The position numbers were made by a program, and so were the translations under genes. Positions 24,588 to 40,330 of a DNA stretch of 64,000 nucleotides are shown in pieces. Position 1 is the first letter of the stretch, and every line of letters starts with the position of its first letter. The notes beneath the pieces were generated by a model, which had not been told where the DNA came from, ran no database searches, and saw nothing but the letters and a program-made list of their open reading frames with translations. The DNA comes from Octopus sinensis (taxonomy: Eukaryota), in the NCBI RefSeq assembly GCF_006345805.1, contig NC_042999.1, positions 158,968,001 through 159,032,000 on the forward strand, written 5' to 3'.

Positions 24588-27500
24588 ATGGTCAATTTTC
24601 TCAGTGGGAGTTGAACCTACCATTTCAAAATCTACTATGTTGTGTTTAAAATATCAAGTAAATTAGGAGTAAGAAACAAATATTGAAGTGGCAGTCGACA
24701 GACATCCGTATCAATAAAAAGTTCTAAATAGCTAATGAATGAAAAACCACAAAAGCAAATAGAAGAAGAAAAAGAATAACGGTCTAGATTATGCGTTACC
24801 AAGTTCGTAAATCAGGAGTCCTAAAGGAGAACAAACGATATAGATATTCGTCGAAAATGATTTCAAGCAATCTCAGAACATTTCGTGGACTCTTTCGAAG
24901 AACGCCGTTATATACTAGATAGTAGGATCTGTATTTTCATTAAATAATCGCCAAAGCAAATATGGAAATAAACATATTTTGACTAAACAGGTGAAACGCA
25001 ATTGCTTTTGTTCCTATTTTTATTGAATAGGATTTTACAGAAAAGAGAAAGTTTCATATGCAATAATCGGTCGTGACGAACGCCGATTTCCCTTGTGGGA
25101 GAAAGACAAGCTAGTATGGTGCATTTGCATTGAAAGTGAAGCAGGAGCGTAGGAGTAAAAGTTGTTCAGTAAACATTGATATGTGCTTCCTACAGTCTTA
25201 TTCATTTAGTAGAAGTTAATCTGTAACTTAAAGCTGAAACGTACTCCAAAATCCCAATATTCCAATATCTTCGGATTAAATATTTGGTTATCTTGTATTA
25301 CTGGGCATTTAATTTTCCTTTTGTTATAAGGAATCAGCACTTTTATTCTCGTGATACTATTGATGTTCTCTATATTTGCATTCTAAAGTAAAATAAATTG
25401 ATTTTACAGAAAAAAAAAGTATTTGTCATCGTATATGTAGCTGTTCGAAAGTATGTTGCAAACAAAGAGTATTTCAACAATATAATTGATAAATTAAGGC
25501 ATAATATCATTTATAATCATTACAGATTAATAAATAAAGTTGTTGGTGTGCCCTTTATATTTTCAGTATCCTAAAAACTGTTAGGGTTCATGAGTTTTTT
25601 GTTCTATTTGAAATCTTGCACGTTTATACTAATACTAAAGTTCAGAGGGATAATTCCAGATGGTTGTATTTCTGATAAGAATGAAATTCGTAAATACAGA
25701 CACAGTGAGGCGAGACAGCACCGGAAGCAGGGAAGAGGTATTCAAGGATTGTTTGGGACAAGATGAAGAGAATATGCAGTGAACCTCTTGCGATAAGAAG
25801 TAACTGCTGCACTAACGATATGTGAGGTAATAGATTTAGTGTGTTGTGAAGTGTATATTTAGCTATAATTAGAATTTATTTCCTTTTGAATGCGAGCCAA
25901 ATGTTCTCAGTATGTCTATAAACAGCATTGTCCTATATGTGACCTGCACTTTTTTTTTATTTATCTTACTTGAATTTTGTAGAAGTCGGATAACTACTCA
26001 GAGCTGAAATATTCTTTTACTCCAAAAGAATATTCTTGTCGCCCTGTGACATTCTTTTATTTTGTGGCCATCTTGAGATATATATTAGATATTGTGAAGC
26101 CAAATACTTGTGGTAACTTCAGATATTAAGTTACACGCTTAGAAAACACGTTTTATATGCATTGTAATTATGTCTGTTTTGACAGAAACTTGGTTGGTCT
26201 ATTTACATCGAAGCATTTAGGAAGAGTAAATGTCTGTAGAAGAAGTACAGTCTGACTTTGTGTCGTTGTTTAATCCCCAAGTTAACTAGTATAGAGCAGA
26301 TCTATGATTAAAAGATAAAGGATGTCGAGCGTGTGATTGGAGTTGAAGTGTCAACGTAAAATATTTTAGCGGGATGCTGCTACCAGATTCCTCTACATCG
26401 AAGAGATTTTGGTGAGAGAAAAAACAAAAGACGAGAGAACTTCCAAGCTTAACGATGTTTTAGTCAAATATTTGTTCAGTCTGGTTAACAACTGACAGTA
26501 AAGCACTTAAAGGTTGGGGGTAATCTGTCTACGTAAAAGACAAAGATTATGTTGTTTTTGTCATTTTAGTAAACTTACGTTGGTTTGTAAACAATATATT
26601 CGTAGTCAGTAGTAGTCCATAAGGAAATGTTGGAGTTCCGATAATTTAGATGTTTTGAAATACAAGAGAGATTACAACTGAAGAATATTATATGTTATGT
26701 GTATGCAAGCCATAGATAGTACTCTAAGTCAAGGATATAGTTAGGTGGGGATACTGGCTATTCAAATAGGTCGGTTTTCGCGATGTCAGTATCAGTGCAA
26801 GAAGTAGGTATGAGTCAGGAGCAATTGTATATTCATTAGAAAGGATGGATACTTATAAAAGTAGCCTGACATTGATATATTTAATGCAAGGCGAAAAATG
26901 ATAAATTTAATTGTGGCAATTGGATGAGTTAAACGAACGGTAAACGTGGAATAAGATAACACCCACTAGAAAATAAACTTATAATTGCTGAATGATAAGA
27001 GATAATGATATGAAGGTCAGTTACTACGTGTGCGGAGATGGAGAGCAGTGCGTTACCTGGACAGTAAAACGGGTTTCAAAAGTAAGATGAGAAATGTGTG
27101 CATCGTTTATGATAATATTTGTGCTCCAAATTGAACTGAAGTTTACAGACGTTTGAAATTTGAACTGATGTTTACATACACACAAACACACACACACACA
27201 CGCACACACACACACATGCACGCGCGCGCACGCACACACATATCAGAGGAATATGGTATAACAATATCAGTTGTGTGAGAGGGAAATTACAGATGAGAAA
27301 TTCTGTTACGAAATTGAAAATAACTGCTGAATTTGTGTAAGACATTGACTTGTGCATAGCATATTGCATTTATAGTTAAAACTAAGCGTTTTTTCTGTAA
27401 ACATGTAGTCGCTTGTTAACGTCAACATTCTAGGATAGATTATGTTTGATTAGAGCGATTTTAATACAATTAATACAAAGCGTGACAGTACTTTGAGAGA

Positions 27501-27902
27501 TGAAAATATTTCAATCTGCGATTGAATCACTCTCTTTTAATGAAAATATTTTGAACTATTTTCTATTTGGAAATTCTTGGTGACTTCAAAGGTCATGTTA
27601 ACTATCTCTCAAGAAAGGATTCTCATAATTAATGATTATCCATTTCCTGAAAATGTTTAAAGATAAATCTACTTAGAATTGCTGTCTCTTGACAGAATAC
27701 ATTTACTAAATAAACATTCTTTGGATACAACACAAAAAGTCACATGTATTTTCTTAAATGATAATACTCTGCACATTTTAAAGAATTGTTGCATTAAAGA
27801 ATAATGAGAACTTATGTGAAAATGAAAATGTAAATTTTTCCCAAATCGCAATGCAATTCTTCACAACTGTATTTAAATGACTAATCAAATAAGTGTGGCA
27901 CA

Positions 27903-28300
27903 TCTTTATATATAAAAGAGAGGTTGTGTGCTGTCGGTCTCCTACCATTTAGATTCCTAACTACTCCCACATTTTGCGGTGCAGTTTAACGAAAGCCGGA
28001 TATCTTATAGTCGTGATTCATATCGAGCCCTTCTGGGTATTAGCGCGCGTCTACAATGATTCTACGATTTAAAAAATAAATTACCATTAATTTCTCCCAT
28101 TTTTAATGCATTTATGGCATATATAAGGGATGTAACTCTCTAAAAATTATTATTGAATCTCAGAACGTAAAAAGCTACAGTAACACCCCCCCCCCTTTGT
28201 GGTTAGCCATATTGAGATGGCTATTCTACTTTACATCTCTAAAAATGCTTATATAGTTATTTTCCTTACAAACCCGAGCAACGCCGGGCGATACTGCTAG
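27903..28300 (+). mobile_element. Non-autonomous Helitron (5' type Y, 3' type Q)
   Basis: A|TC start; cccgagcaacgccgggcgatactgCTAG|T end. Confidence 0.85.
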
Positions 28301-30427
28301 TGTTCTTATAAAGAACTAATTTTGTGTAAGTTACTAGTTTAATTAAACATTCACAATATTTTTTTAAAAACTAAATAAGAGGAAAAATTGATTATTGTGC
28401 TGAAACTTTAATCTGCTCATATTTTAGGTAAATGTTTGTTATCATTTTGTAACTTCAACAAATCTCTGATCGAGTAGACCTGTGCTACGCAATCCACGAT
28501 AGTCCCATATTCTGGAATTTATAGTAGCATTTCCTCTAAATTTTATTGTGCTGAGTTAAAAATGCACGAATAGGTGGGATGATTTAATGATGAATGCATG
28601 CCAGTTTGCATAATGACAGAGTGGAAGATTGAGTGGCTACAGCTAGAATTCCGGTTGAACGTTAAGTTGATTAGTAAAGGGATAATGTGTAGTCTCCAGA
28701 CACTTTTCTACAAGAATACCATAACGATGTTCTTTTGATGTTAGTAACCATACAGGGATATTACAAAAATGAATATATGAATACAGAGATGTAGAAGAAG
28801 ACAGATATGCAGCTAGACGTATGGCTATTACAAAGGAAGATTAACCATAATGCCATTAGCCTTGTTTAATACAACTGTTTGGTGAGTCAATCGCTACGAA
28901 TGATCAATATTCAAAGTAAGAAAATTAATGGTGGTTTCACATTTAATTCGATAGACTTTAGTCGTGAATTGTCTTCGATATTGAGTGAAATATCGCAAGA
29001 TTATATTTATTGGCATCCAGTATTAGCATCTCGTCAGTATAACTACGTAAGAAGCGTTAAAACGTTCGCAATTCTTCATGAATTATTAATAAATAGGATT
29101 ATTAGTACCGATATCAAAGTGGTAGGTGCAGAATTAAATGACGATATTGAATTTAGAAATATAGACAAGAAATATTAGAATTTAGATGGAGAACACTAAA
29201 TACAAGTGGATATAAAATTATATGAATTATAAATGTTTTATTGGCATAATTTATTTTATAAAATTCTTAAGGCATTTTATTTAGTGATGTATTTTAGGAA
29301 TATTTCATTAATATTTTCTAAACACCATGTAAAATTATTGAAACCAATTTGTTTCGTAGTTTTTGCGTTTTTTTTTTCTTTTTTATACATTATTACAACT
29401 GACAGAGAAATTAAACTATAACTATCTATGTGTGTGTACCGGCAACTCGTAAACGAAGGTGAAGTATGCATAGCAACTGAAATTCATTTTATAGATAATG
29501 ATATTATATACAAATTTGATGACTTTTGCTAAGTTTTCAATGAGGCAGTTAAATGTTTTCATAACCTTGTCTCAAAAGCCATATGACTTATTACATGATA
29601 ATTGAAATATTATATTAAAAAATCATGTTAATTTGTCTTTCATTGATCTTATAATTCATTACAGATAGCTCTTCAATTATTCTTTCCATTTTTTAAAGTC
29701 AGGTTCATATTCATTTAAAATGACATATACAGGATGCATGGCAACGACATATTAATCAGAAATATAATTAATTGAATTAATAATGTAATTTGCATAATTA
29801 ATCGAAAGCATCTATTTCCATGATTACAGAAATAAGCATTAATGATATTAATTACAGACAAATAGTCGATGATATAAAGAAAGCTGAGAAATATGTCGTA
29901 TCTACGAAAGGAAAGATCGGTAAAAACTATTAATGACTACAGGCAAATTATATCATTAAAAGCCCAAAGAACGAATGGGTATAAACGTACATATCAAAAA
30001 ACATTTATACATACATATACACCCACATATATATTTGTGTGCGTATCGATATATATATCTATATCTATGTGTGTATATATATATAGGAATATATGTATGT
30101 AAGCATACATGCACGTATGTGTATACGCACGAGACAGTAATTTCAAAAGCATTTTAATGAGCAGAGGCTTATAAAACCTTTCGCATAATGGATACTGAAA
30201 ATTGTAAAGGCGGAAAGAATGTCAGTTATTTCCTTTATAATGAACTTTATTGAATAAATAATGTGGTAAACCTGAAGTCGTTAAACCTTGTTTTATTAAC
30301 CATTAAATCTTGCCTGATTGTTTGTTTGGGAAATGGGAAACATAGATTTCTTTAACACACACACACACACTCACACACATACACATGCATTTGCACGCTC
30401 ACATACGTTTCTGTATGTATATATATA

Positions 30428-30548
<121 letters not shown>

Positions 30549-31199
30549 AGTTCAGTAATTTTTAGATTCAGTTGAATATGATACTTAAGTTAAAGGCACC
30601 AGAATTTGGTGCCTTTAGTTTGGTATTATGCATATAATTCAAAATGGGGTGATATCCTTGTTGCTTATTTTGATATATATATATATATATATATATATAG
30701 TTTATATAATGTAAACAAAATTGAGTTTATAGCAATAACACAGAGTGATCAGTGGCATGTATATGAACAACACCAACAAATACAGTTATATCAAGTATAA
30801 TGCAACATAAACTCTTGATTTACTAAAAATATTTCTGCTCTAGTGGATGTGACACAAGTGGTAAATGGCAATTGAAGCCATTTGTCAATTGGGATAATCT
30901 CAAGAATCAAAAATTCTTTGAAGTTGATATGTGATTTAAGAAAAGATTTATTGTCTGAAATGGACAGTTGTGGACACCTGTTTCGATCTCAATATGTGTC
31001 ACCCGAATGATAGTTGCCCTAAAAGCAGAAAAACAAATTTATGAATAAAGTAACTTACATAATTTAAACAAAATTGATCAGTGATAAATAACTCAGAGCC
31101 GCTTGTGGTAAGTGTTTGAGCGATATATGTACATCAACACCATACAAGAGATATTGTAGATTTTTTAAGAAATATTGATTTATTAAAATTATCTAAAGG

Positions 31200-32520
31200 A
31201 TTAAGTACTGCTGACCATTCTGTTGGGAATTGGTTCTGGTGCATCGTTGCTCAAAATCATATACTCCTGTAAATCTGCCAGTGATTTATCAGTGTCTGCA
31301 AGCGTTTTCTTGCAATGTTTTTTCTCTTTCTTTTCTTCTCCATTTTCAGTTGTTGTCATCTGAGATCCTCTTCACTCCCTCAGTGGTTCGATGTCGTGGT
31401 GGGAAATTTGTGGTTTTATTCTGCTGATCTTGTTGCATAGGGTTTCTCTGTTACTGTTGCTGTTGCAATTGTTTCTTAGTTCAAATTTCGCCGGGATAAC
31501 TTTGCCTTTGAACCTACTGGAGTCAATACTGTCTTGAGTATTGCTGTTACTCTGCAATAACATTCTCTCCTGATCTTTTCTTCATCACTGAATGCCTGAT
31601 TCTGTCCCCTTCAATTACCCCTAGGTACTTGTAGCTCTCCGCTGGGTCTAACTCATTTATGACATTCTGCTGGTCAAGGTAAACGTTAGATGTTTCTGTC
31701 ATTTTCCCTTTGATAAAGGTAGCTTTTGCACATTTATCGAGGCCAAATTGGATTCTGATGTCATCACTGAATTGTTTAACAATCGCTAGTAAGCCCTTGA
31801 GTTGTTGCTAATTTTTTGCAAAGAGCTTTAAATCATGCATGTAAATGAGATGATTTATATTTTTATGAAACATTTTATAACCATACTGTGCAACGTTAAG
31901 CAATTTTGAGAGAAATATTAACGCTAAACAAAAGAGGAGTGGTAATAGGGAGTCACCTTGGACAATGCTACATGAAATTTTTACATCTCCAGCATTTAGA
32001 GATTCATGGTCACTGTTCAAAGTTAGTGTGGTTCTCCAAGGTCTCATAACTACCGACAAAATGGTTCGCACAGTAGGCGCTATTTTATTCATTTCCAGAC
32101 ATTTCTTTGTTTGTTACTGTCTATGTAGGGTCTTACTTCACGGTGTTTCTGTCTCCAGTTTAAGTAGGTTTGTACAGTATTAGATTTATCTGTGGGGAAC
32201 TTCTTTATTATTTTTCCTAGACCATTTTTCATTCTTTTTCTTTTGGTTATTTGATGACGAGAATGGATGGCTATCTGTTGGAATATTCCGGTTGTGGGGT
32301 ACTTCCAGCTCCTGTGTGTCGGGAAGATTTGAACCAGTAGCTGATTTTTCGATTCGAATCTGGTTCAACATTCGAGTATGTGGTCTTTTGTAAACCGATT
32401 GATGACCAGTCTGATTTGTAATTTGTTTTGTTAACAGTGAGGCATGACGACCTTCGACGTTTAGATTAGGGGACGGATCTGTCTTTTTGGGGTAAATTTT
32501 TGGTGACAACACCGTCTACG
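31200..32520 (-). mobile_element. R4/Dong-like LINE, internally deleted and rearranged
   Basis: KWSRKNNKEV N-terminal motif, then QGDSLLPLLFCLAL..NHLIYMHDLKLFAKN; 31545-31900 is homologous to 58975-59340. Confidence 0.85.
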
Positions 32521-33179
32521 TGTTCTCTGCATGTAAACATTGCTCGGATCGTACCTTCTTAAGGCTAGCAGATCTGTATTCGTCTGTATTTTTTGTTGTT
32601 AGATTTATCTCCGAACCTAGTTTTTTTGTGGTGTTCTTAAACTTATGAATGGTTCACTCTGTCAGTGTTAGTTCGAAAAATGAAAATAATAAAAAAGGAG
32701 AAAGTCTTGTCTTTTCTTTTTTTTTGCTTCGTTTGTGACACGTGCTTTCATATACGTGAGTGTGTGTCCTGTAAATTTCACATACTTGTATAAACATTGA
32801 GATGTATGTGTAGTCCTATGGGTATAAAATGTATGTATGATTGTGTAGACATTCGAGTGTATGCATAAATATGCAATTTATGTACTTACTATTTTGTTCC
32901 ATTTGTATTTTATAATTTGTAAACTTTCCGGTGTGGATATCGTACGTGTGTTTCGCACATGTTTCAATGACACATCGTTCGTAGGAGAAACTGTGCTTTG
33001 TATGGCAGTAAAATTTCGTTTTTTATTTTAGTATTTTCGTTACATTGCCACTTTCAAGTCCTCCACAGGTTCCTTTCTCTAATTCTATCGACGTTAAGAT
33101 TTGTTTTTGAAGAGGGAGCCCGGTTAAGTACATTCATGTTGTTATTCAGCGCGGGCCTATTATCATTATTATTATTATT

Positions 33180-33825
<646 letters not shown>

Positions 33826-34049
33826 TTACATATCATCACTCAGTTCTGTTTCCTTTTCTTACCGAGTACCTTCCTGACACCTAGGGTAGAGACACGCACT
33901 GTATACATTGGTAGGCCATTAAAATACACATATCAGATTTTTTCATTTCAAAGTTATGTGATAGAGAAAACGGAGAAGACAGAGAGAAAAAGAAAAAAAT
34001 TAAATACAGATGTAAACAAAGGAAATAAAGGCCACGAAAAAAGAAAATT

Positions 34050-34260
34050 CACAGCGACAATACTTTTCTGAATACTGTAACGTACCAGTTTATACAATCT
34101 GTTGCGCTTCCTTCTTGAATGGTAATCCAGGGATCATTCTCAAATAATTTTCAATTCCGTTATTGATCATTCCAAGTGTTCCTACAATCACTAGCATTGT
34201 AACTGTCTTGAGATGCTAATTTTGCTCCAACTACTGTGTGGTATTAATAAATGTTGTTTA
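34050..34260 (-). mobile_element. R4/Dong-like endonuclease C-terminal fragment next to (AAT)n
   Basis: Minus strand TVTMLVIVGTLGMINNGIENYLRMIPG..EVQQIV. Confidence 0.65.
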
Positions 34261-34284
34261 GTTTTGACTTTTGTTATTATTATA

Positions 34285-34359
<75 letters not shown>

Positions 34360-34619
34360 TATACAATAATTTATAAATATATATATATATTTTATATAAT
34401 GTATTATTATTAATATCAGGAAATCAATATTAGAAATTCTTCGAAAGCTATATGTGTGTAAAATATTGTTGTATTAAAAATATAAATACATATAAATATA
34501 TGTAAATATTTATAAGTATAAATATATAATAATAAATATGACAGTTTTAAAAGTTTCGAATTAATTTATAAAGCTTCTTACGATCATTTCGCAGAGGTGT
34601 TGTCCCTAGAATGGAATCC

Positions 34620-37420
34620 TATATTGATAAACATTTCTAGACAACTCTTCTGCTCTTCAGAGATATAAAACATGCACGGGTTCTAATTCCAAGAATATCT
34701 ATTCAATATTTATTTAATGTATAATTTATTTTATGTAAATGTGCGGATAGTCAAATAATTCTAATTAATTTATCTATTGATCTGTTAGTATCACCTTATA
34801 TTTTGATATCACAAAAATGACATATATATATTCACTAATCTAAATCTTTATTAGATCTCCTATAATATTGAAAGGTTTTATAAAACCTATGCCTACATGT
34901 TGAAAGTACTTCTGATTGACAATTTATTAAAGTCTTATATTTATACAATAATATATATTGTGATTCCTTCATACAGAAACGGCAACTATAAGATTAATGT
35001 GTATGGTGTGGTTGAATCTGTTATTGACCAATCTAATCTATAGTTAACTTTGTTTTTCTTAAATGTATGTATATATGTAGCTAATGACGTGATATTGGTA
35101 TATATATTTGGCTTAAAGGAGTTTATGTGTACTAAAAATCTTTGTTTAAAATTAACGGAACTACCTATATATGCTATACTATGTGAATTATTAATTAATC
35201 TAACTCTGCATTTGTTCATTACGTTAAATCTTCTACAATTGCCTTTAATGTTTTATATTTACATGAGCAGTTCTTATTTTTATTTTTATATTTCTGTTCA
35301 GATGAATAGTTTCTACTATTGTTATGATTATTTGTGGTGTATGGTATTATTATTGAATTTATCGAAGTATTATTTATCATAGAGTTAAATACATTTATTG
35401 TTTGTGAATTATTATTTTTATTTTTATTAGCTTGCGATATTAATTATCTAAGGCATTTTGTACATTTTCAAATGTATGGTAATTAAAATTTTGCTGGGGT
35501 TTTGTTATATCAATATCATTGTTAGATGTTCCGGTATTTTGAGTATTATATATACTCCTATTGTTACTTCTTATCTTGTTATTATTATTGTTATTATTAT
35601 TACAGATGTTTTTATATTTGTTATTTTTTATTTTAGTAGAACAGGCGATAATAGATCCTATGTTTGGTGTTGTAGAGAAGGATATTTTAATTGATGACCT
35701 ATTAAATATGTGGTGATACTTATGATTCCTAGGAAAATGTTTTAAACTATATTTAAAAACATTTTTGCTAAACCCTTAACATTTAAGGAAAATGGAGGTG
35801 CGTAGCAAATAATTTCTCTCTTTCCGCTCCTATTAGGTAGTTTATTACATTTATATATTGGTTTGGAGATTTGTATATTTTTCATTGAGTATCTTTTTTT
35901 TATTATATTTAGTTCTTTGCCTATCATTATTTTTCTTGGCCTTTTATTGTATTGCGTAGACGTTTCGTCATTTTGTACTAATTGTGCATTATTGTTATAG
36001 TTAAGGTTATCTTTATTTCTTGTTTTAGTATCGCATGTAGTTTTGTTTAATTTCATTTGTTCTATGTAAATTTTTAGTTTAGTATCCTTTATGTATTTAA
36101 TATTTTCTTTGAATACACTAGCAGCTAAAGCCAGGTTCTAACAATTGGCATGATTATTAAAAATTTCTCCATTATAAGATAGGTCAGATATTCTAGTAGA
36201 TATACTATTTACGATACTTTTAGTAATGATATATAATGATATGATTTGAATTGATATTTATTGAAATGCAGAATAGGTTGAATTATTAAGGTCTCGGATT
36301 AGGTCTAAAAATTTGTTTTAGAATAACTTTCGTCAATTGTGATAGATAAACCAAAATTTTTATAAAATTTGGTAGTTCCTCTCTCATTTTTCCTGTTTTT
36401 GTTTTGGACCTACCATTATAGACTAGATGTGCGTCATCTCTATATAATCCTCCCTTCGGAGATGGGAAGTAGTGTTTAGTCTCATATAATAAATATAATC
36501 CTACTAAGTCTGTGATTTGTGCCGAATCGGTCGATCCCATTGTAATATCAAATAAATTAAATTAACTATCTTTACCAGATCCGCAACCTAATTTGTCATT
36601 GAATTTAATAAGTGTTTTTCTAGCTAACATAATAATATCAATTTCCAATGCTGTAATATCAGTAAGATTTTTGGCTAAAGTTATAGCGTTATTTGATATA
36701 ATTGGGGATAAGGATGCATAAGATTTGTTAATGTCCAATTGTAAATATGATAACTTTGTCTTAATAGGTAATAAATGGTAATAATAGGTTATAGTTGAGT
36801 TTTTTTCTTTAATATAGGTACAATTCTATCTAAAATATTCTTACTTACCCTTCCGAGATCCGATTTAGTTGGACAAATTAGTCTAATATTAGGATTAATA
36901 TTAAAATCTAATTTATAGTTTTTCAGATTAAAATGTGGTGTATTCGGATATATATATTTCAGTGCAGTCTTCAACGTCTAATTTATACATAATTATAGAA
37001 TGTTCTTTATTTATCATTTCTAAATTTGATGGATTAGTAATTTTATAAGATTTGCATAATTCCTTATGTATAAATTCTTGGTATTGAGTAGGAGTAATGG
37101 AATATAAATTTCCTGCTGCATCAGAGAAAACATTATATTAGGTGATTTTAAAATTGTGCTGACTATTTTAGTAAGATACTTTTGATATTTGGAATAAAGT
37201 GTAGAGAATTTTATAGATTTTATCATTTCTAAAATTGCGTTTCCAAAGTCTATTAATATCGGATTATGTGGAGGGTTTTTATATGAGCTAAGTCCTTAAG
37301 TATTATTCTTTTGGTATTTTATAGTTCCTTTGTTATTATATATAATCGCTCGTATCAAATACATAATACTTTAATAGTATTAATACTTTGATATAATAGA
37401 GCACTCAATATAAATATTCT
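34620..37420 (-). mobile_element. Penelope-like element, decayed RT plus GIY-YIG
   Basis: NPNIRLICPTKSDLGRVSKNILDRI; MGSTDSAQITDLVGLYLL..GGLYRDDA; AYIGSSVNFKQRFLVHINSF..TSLATYIHTFK..DWSI. Confidence 0.88.
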
Positions 37421-37465
37421 CAATGAATATATTTAACTAAAGATGTATATATATATATATATAAT

Positions 37466-37528
<63 letters not shown>

Positions 37529-38469
37529 CGTTGAACTTTTGAATTTTGGGATAATTGGGAGGGTTTTTGACTTTTCAGTAGTCAAGAAGAAAAGAAGGGC
37601 AACATTTTCACAGAAAATTGTAGATATTAAAGTCTTAAATTTTTTAAAGATCATTGCTTGTATGTCCGAACAGAGAAAACTGTAGAGTTCTTGCAATAAA
37701 AGGATGTTATGCTTACATTTTCCAGTACTCAGGGAGAAAGAAAAGGAAGGAGAAGTGTAAAGTTTACGGAGAAAATTGTAATTATTAAAGCTTTTATGTT
37801 TTCCAAAGATGATCGTTTGTATGTACAGACAGAGAACACCGTAGTGTTCTTAAATTAAAAGTATGCTTATATTTTAAAATATTCAGAGAGAAAAGAAAGG
37901 ACGTGTATTTACATAAGTTGTAAATATTAAAGTTTTTGAAACTTTTTCAAGTTGATCGTTTGAGTGTTCGTCCAGAGAAAATTGTAGATATGTATGTTTC
38001 AAACCTTATTTTGGAGGAAAATGTTTCGTTTTTTATTTGGTTTGCAAGATTCTTTATGTGAGTTAGAGTGTTGAAGCATATTCTGTTGTGTTTGGGGAGA
38101 GTCATTTCCCTTTTGTGCATTATAATTTAACACACTTACCGGTAAAATTTCCACTTATTTCTTATTTTTATTTTCCTAAAATTTTCCTAAAATGTTCAAT
38201 AGTCTTGACTCTGTCCGTTATTTACACTGCATTCCTTTTTGTTTGTTTGTGCCCATGTGTGAAGTTCAGTGGCTGTGTGTGTCTAAGCCTGCATGTATGT
38301 ATGTCTGTATGTATGCAAGTGTCTGTATGTATATATGTGTGTGTATGCATATGTATATATGTATGTGTGTGCATCTGTATGAGTGTATTCTACATATTCA
38401 TGTGCTTGCATGTCCGTGCTTATATATTTTTTATGTATGTGTGTGCGTCTGTTTCTTACCTTTTATAGT

Positions 38470-38990
38470 TTTGTCGGTATGTACAGGATGGGGTTTATAC
38501 CATTTGTCAGCGGTTTTGATTTTATAATACCGACATATTGTCCAACGTAAATACTGGCCAACTCTATCATGTCTTGCTTTATATACTACAGGTGCTAAGA
38601 CTCTGCACCCTGAGATTAAGTGGTCTATAGTTTCAATCTCATCGTTACAGAATCGGCATTTTGGGTCAGCTCCATTTTTTATCACATTGGCTTGGTAGTT
38701 CCGGGTTAATAAGCTTTGATCTTAAGCAGCTAATATGAAACCTTCACTCTCTGCGTTTACCCCTCGGTTTCGTAGCCATTGGTGCGTGTGTTTCTGGTCG
38801 CTATCAGCTTGTTTGCTACTGGCCACATACTTGCCATGCAGAGGTTTCTGTTCCCATCTGCTAGCTAATTTTTCATGTACTTTTGTCTTTGCAATTAATT
38901 TTATTGTATTTGAAGCAGCAGTTGGCGCATTTCCTTCAACCTGATTAATCTGGTGGGTATCTAAGAGATCAATAGCAACTTTTTTCGATC
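38470..38990 (-). mobile_element. R4/Dong-like LINE fragment (CCHC region)
   Basis: EGFILAAKDQSLLTRNYQANVIKNGADPKCRFCNDEIETIDHLISGCRVLAPVVYKARHDRVGQYLRW. Confidence 0.85.
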
Positions 38991-39194
38991 TTTCACGGAA
39001 GTTACTTTGCCTAAGATAAGCGTCAAGTCATCTGAGATTTTTCAAGTATACACTTCTAAATTTCACCCTTACGAGACATTCCCCCTTGTGTTCCTACCAC
39101 TTCTAATACAGTTATTATAGTACATCACACAGACACCGAACCACACACACATACACACACACACACACACCACACACACACACCACACACATAT

Positions 39195-39238
<44 letters not shown>

Positions 39239-39258
39239 ATATATAATATATATTATAT

Positions 39259-39290
<32 letters not shown>

Positions 39291-39869
39291 AGAAAATGGA
39301 GGAATAAATTCCTTACAATCATCAAATTACAGATAATACCAATCCATATAATTTATTAACTAATTAAATAGGAACATCCAAATCCAACAGAGTGAAACAG
39401 AATAAAACAATATACATCAATAAGTAAGATAATACCATTAAAAAATACATATAAAATGGATCTTACAGCTGTTTCAGCCTTGGCAGTATATTGGATAAAT
39501 GATATCCCATAGTGGGTTACACTCATAACCCCTATCTCATTTTGTACGTATATATATATATGCAAGCGTGTTAGTATGTATATGTGTGTGTTAGTATATA
39601 TATATATCAAGCAAATATATAAGTTTCTCATTTTATCGACACATCTTATGTCTCTAAGCAGAATGAGCGTATTTCAATGTGGTAATCTCTTTTCTAAAAT
39701 TCTATGAAATTTACATAAACTTTGGAACACCATGTACACCTTTGTTTTCTTGTATTTATTACGAAATAAAATATTAATATTGCACTTTTTTCTCCTCTCT
39801 TCCACTTTTCCCACTCCATCTCTACCGACACATTCCTTTTCCTCTTCTCTTTTGTTTTTTGTTTTTTCA

Positions 39870-40330
39870 TGCAGTTTGCGGTTGCTGCTGTTGCTTTTGC
39901 TTTTGCTGTTGAGCGAATGGTCTTCGTCCAGAGCTCGCAAGATGGGAGAAGTCCGAAACGTGTTTCTTTGCTATTCGTAAGACCCGCAGAAGAGAAAGCA
40001 GGCCAACCCCCGACACCCGGAGCATCGACGGATGGATGAATGCGCATCCAGGCTCAGCGGTTGCGTAGGAAGTCGGGGATGCCGTTACTGCTTTCCTGCG
40101 AATGCGCCCATCATCTCCACTCCATTCAACCGACAAATGTTAGAATTCATACATATATGTGGGTGAGTTTGTGTGATTATAAATTATTGTAGTTATTCCC
40201 GGATGTTTGTTTTTCTCCTCTTTTACTGACAGCACCTAATCACTATTTCCGCTTATCGCTACGCCCAGTAACACTCCTCCTCTTTCATTGAAAGCATGAT
40301 GGATTTCTAACGAAATTTGCTCCGCGATTT
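39870..40330. promoter_or_regulatory. CpG-enriched unique island with splice-like signals; possible TSS or first exons
   Basis: CpG density above flanks; + strand acceptor near 39873, donor gtgagt at 40163, acceptor ag at 40231-40232. Confidence 0.3.

Noticed and set aside
27057-27135. 79-bp minus-strand exon candidate (SIWSTNIIINDAHISHLTFETRFTVQ)
   Set aside because: Splice sites are plausible, but it is isolated and too short to support.
28879-29178. 99-aa ORF
   Set aside because: No recognisable motif, TTG start, and length achievable by chance.
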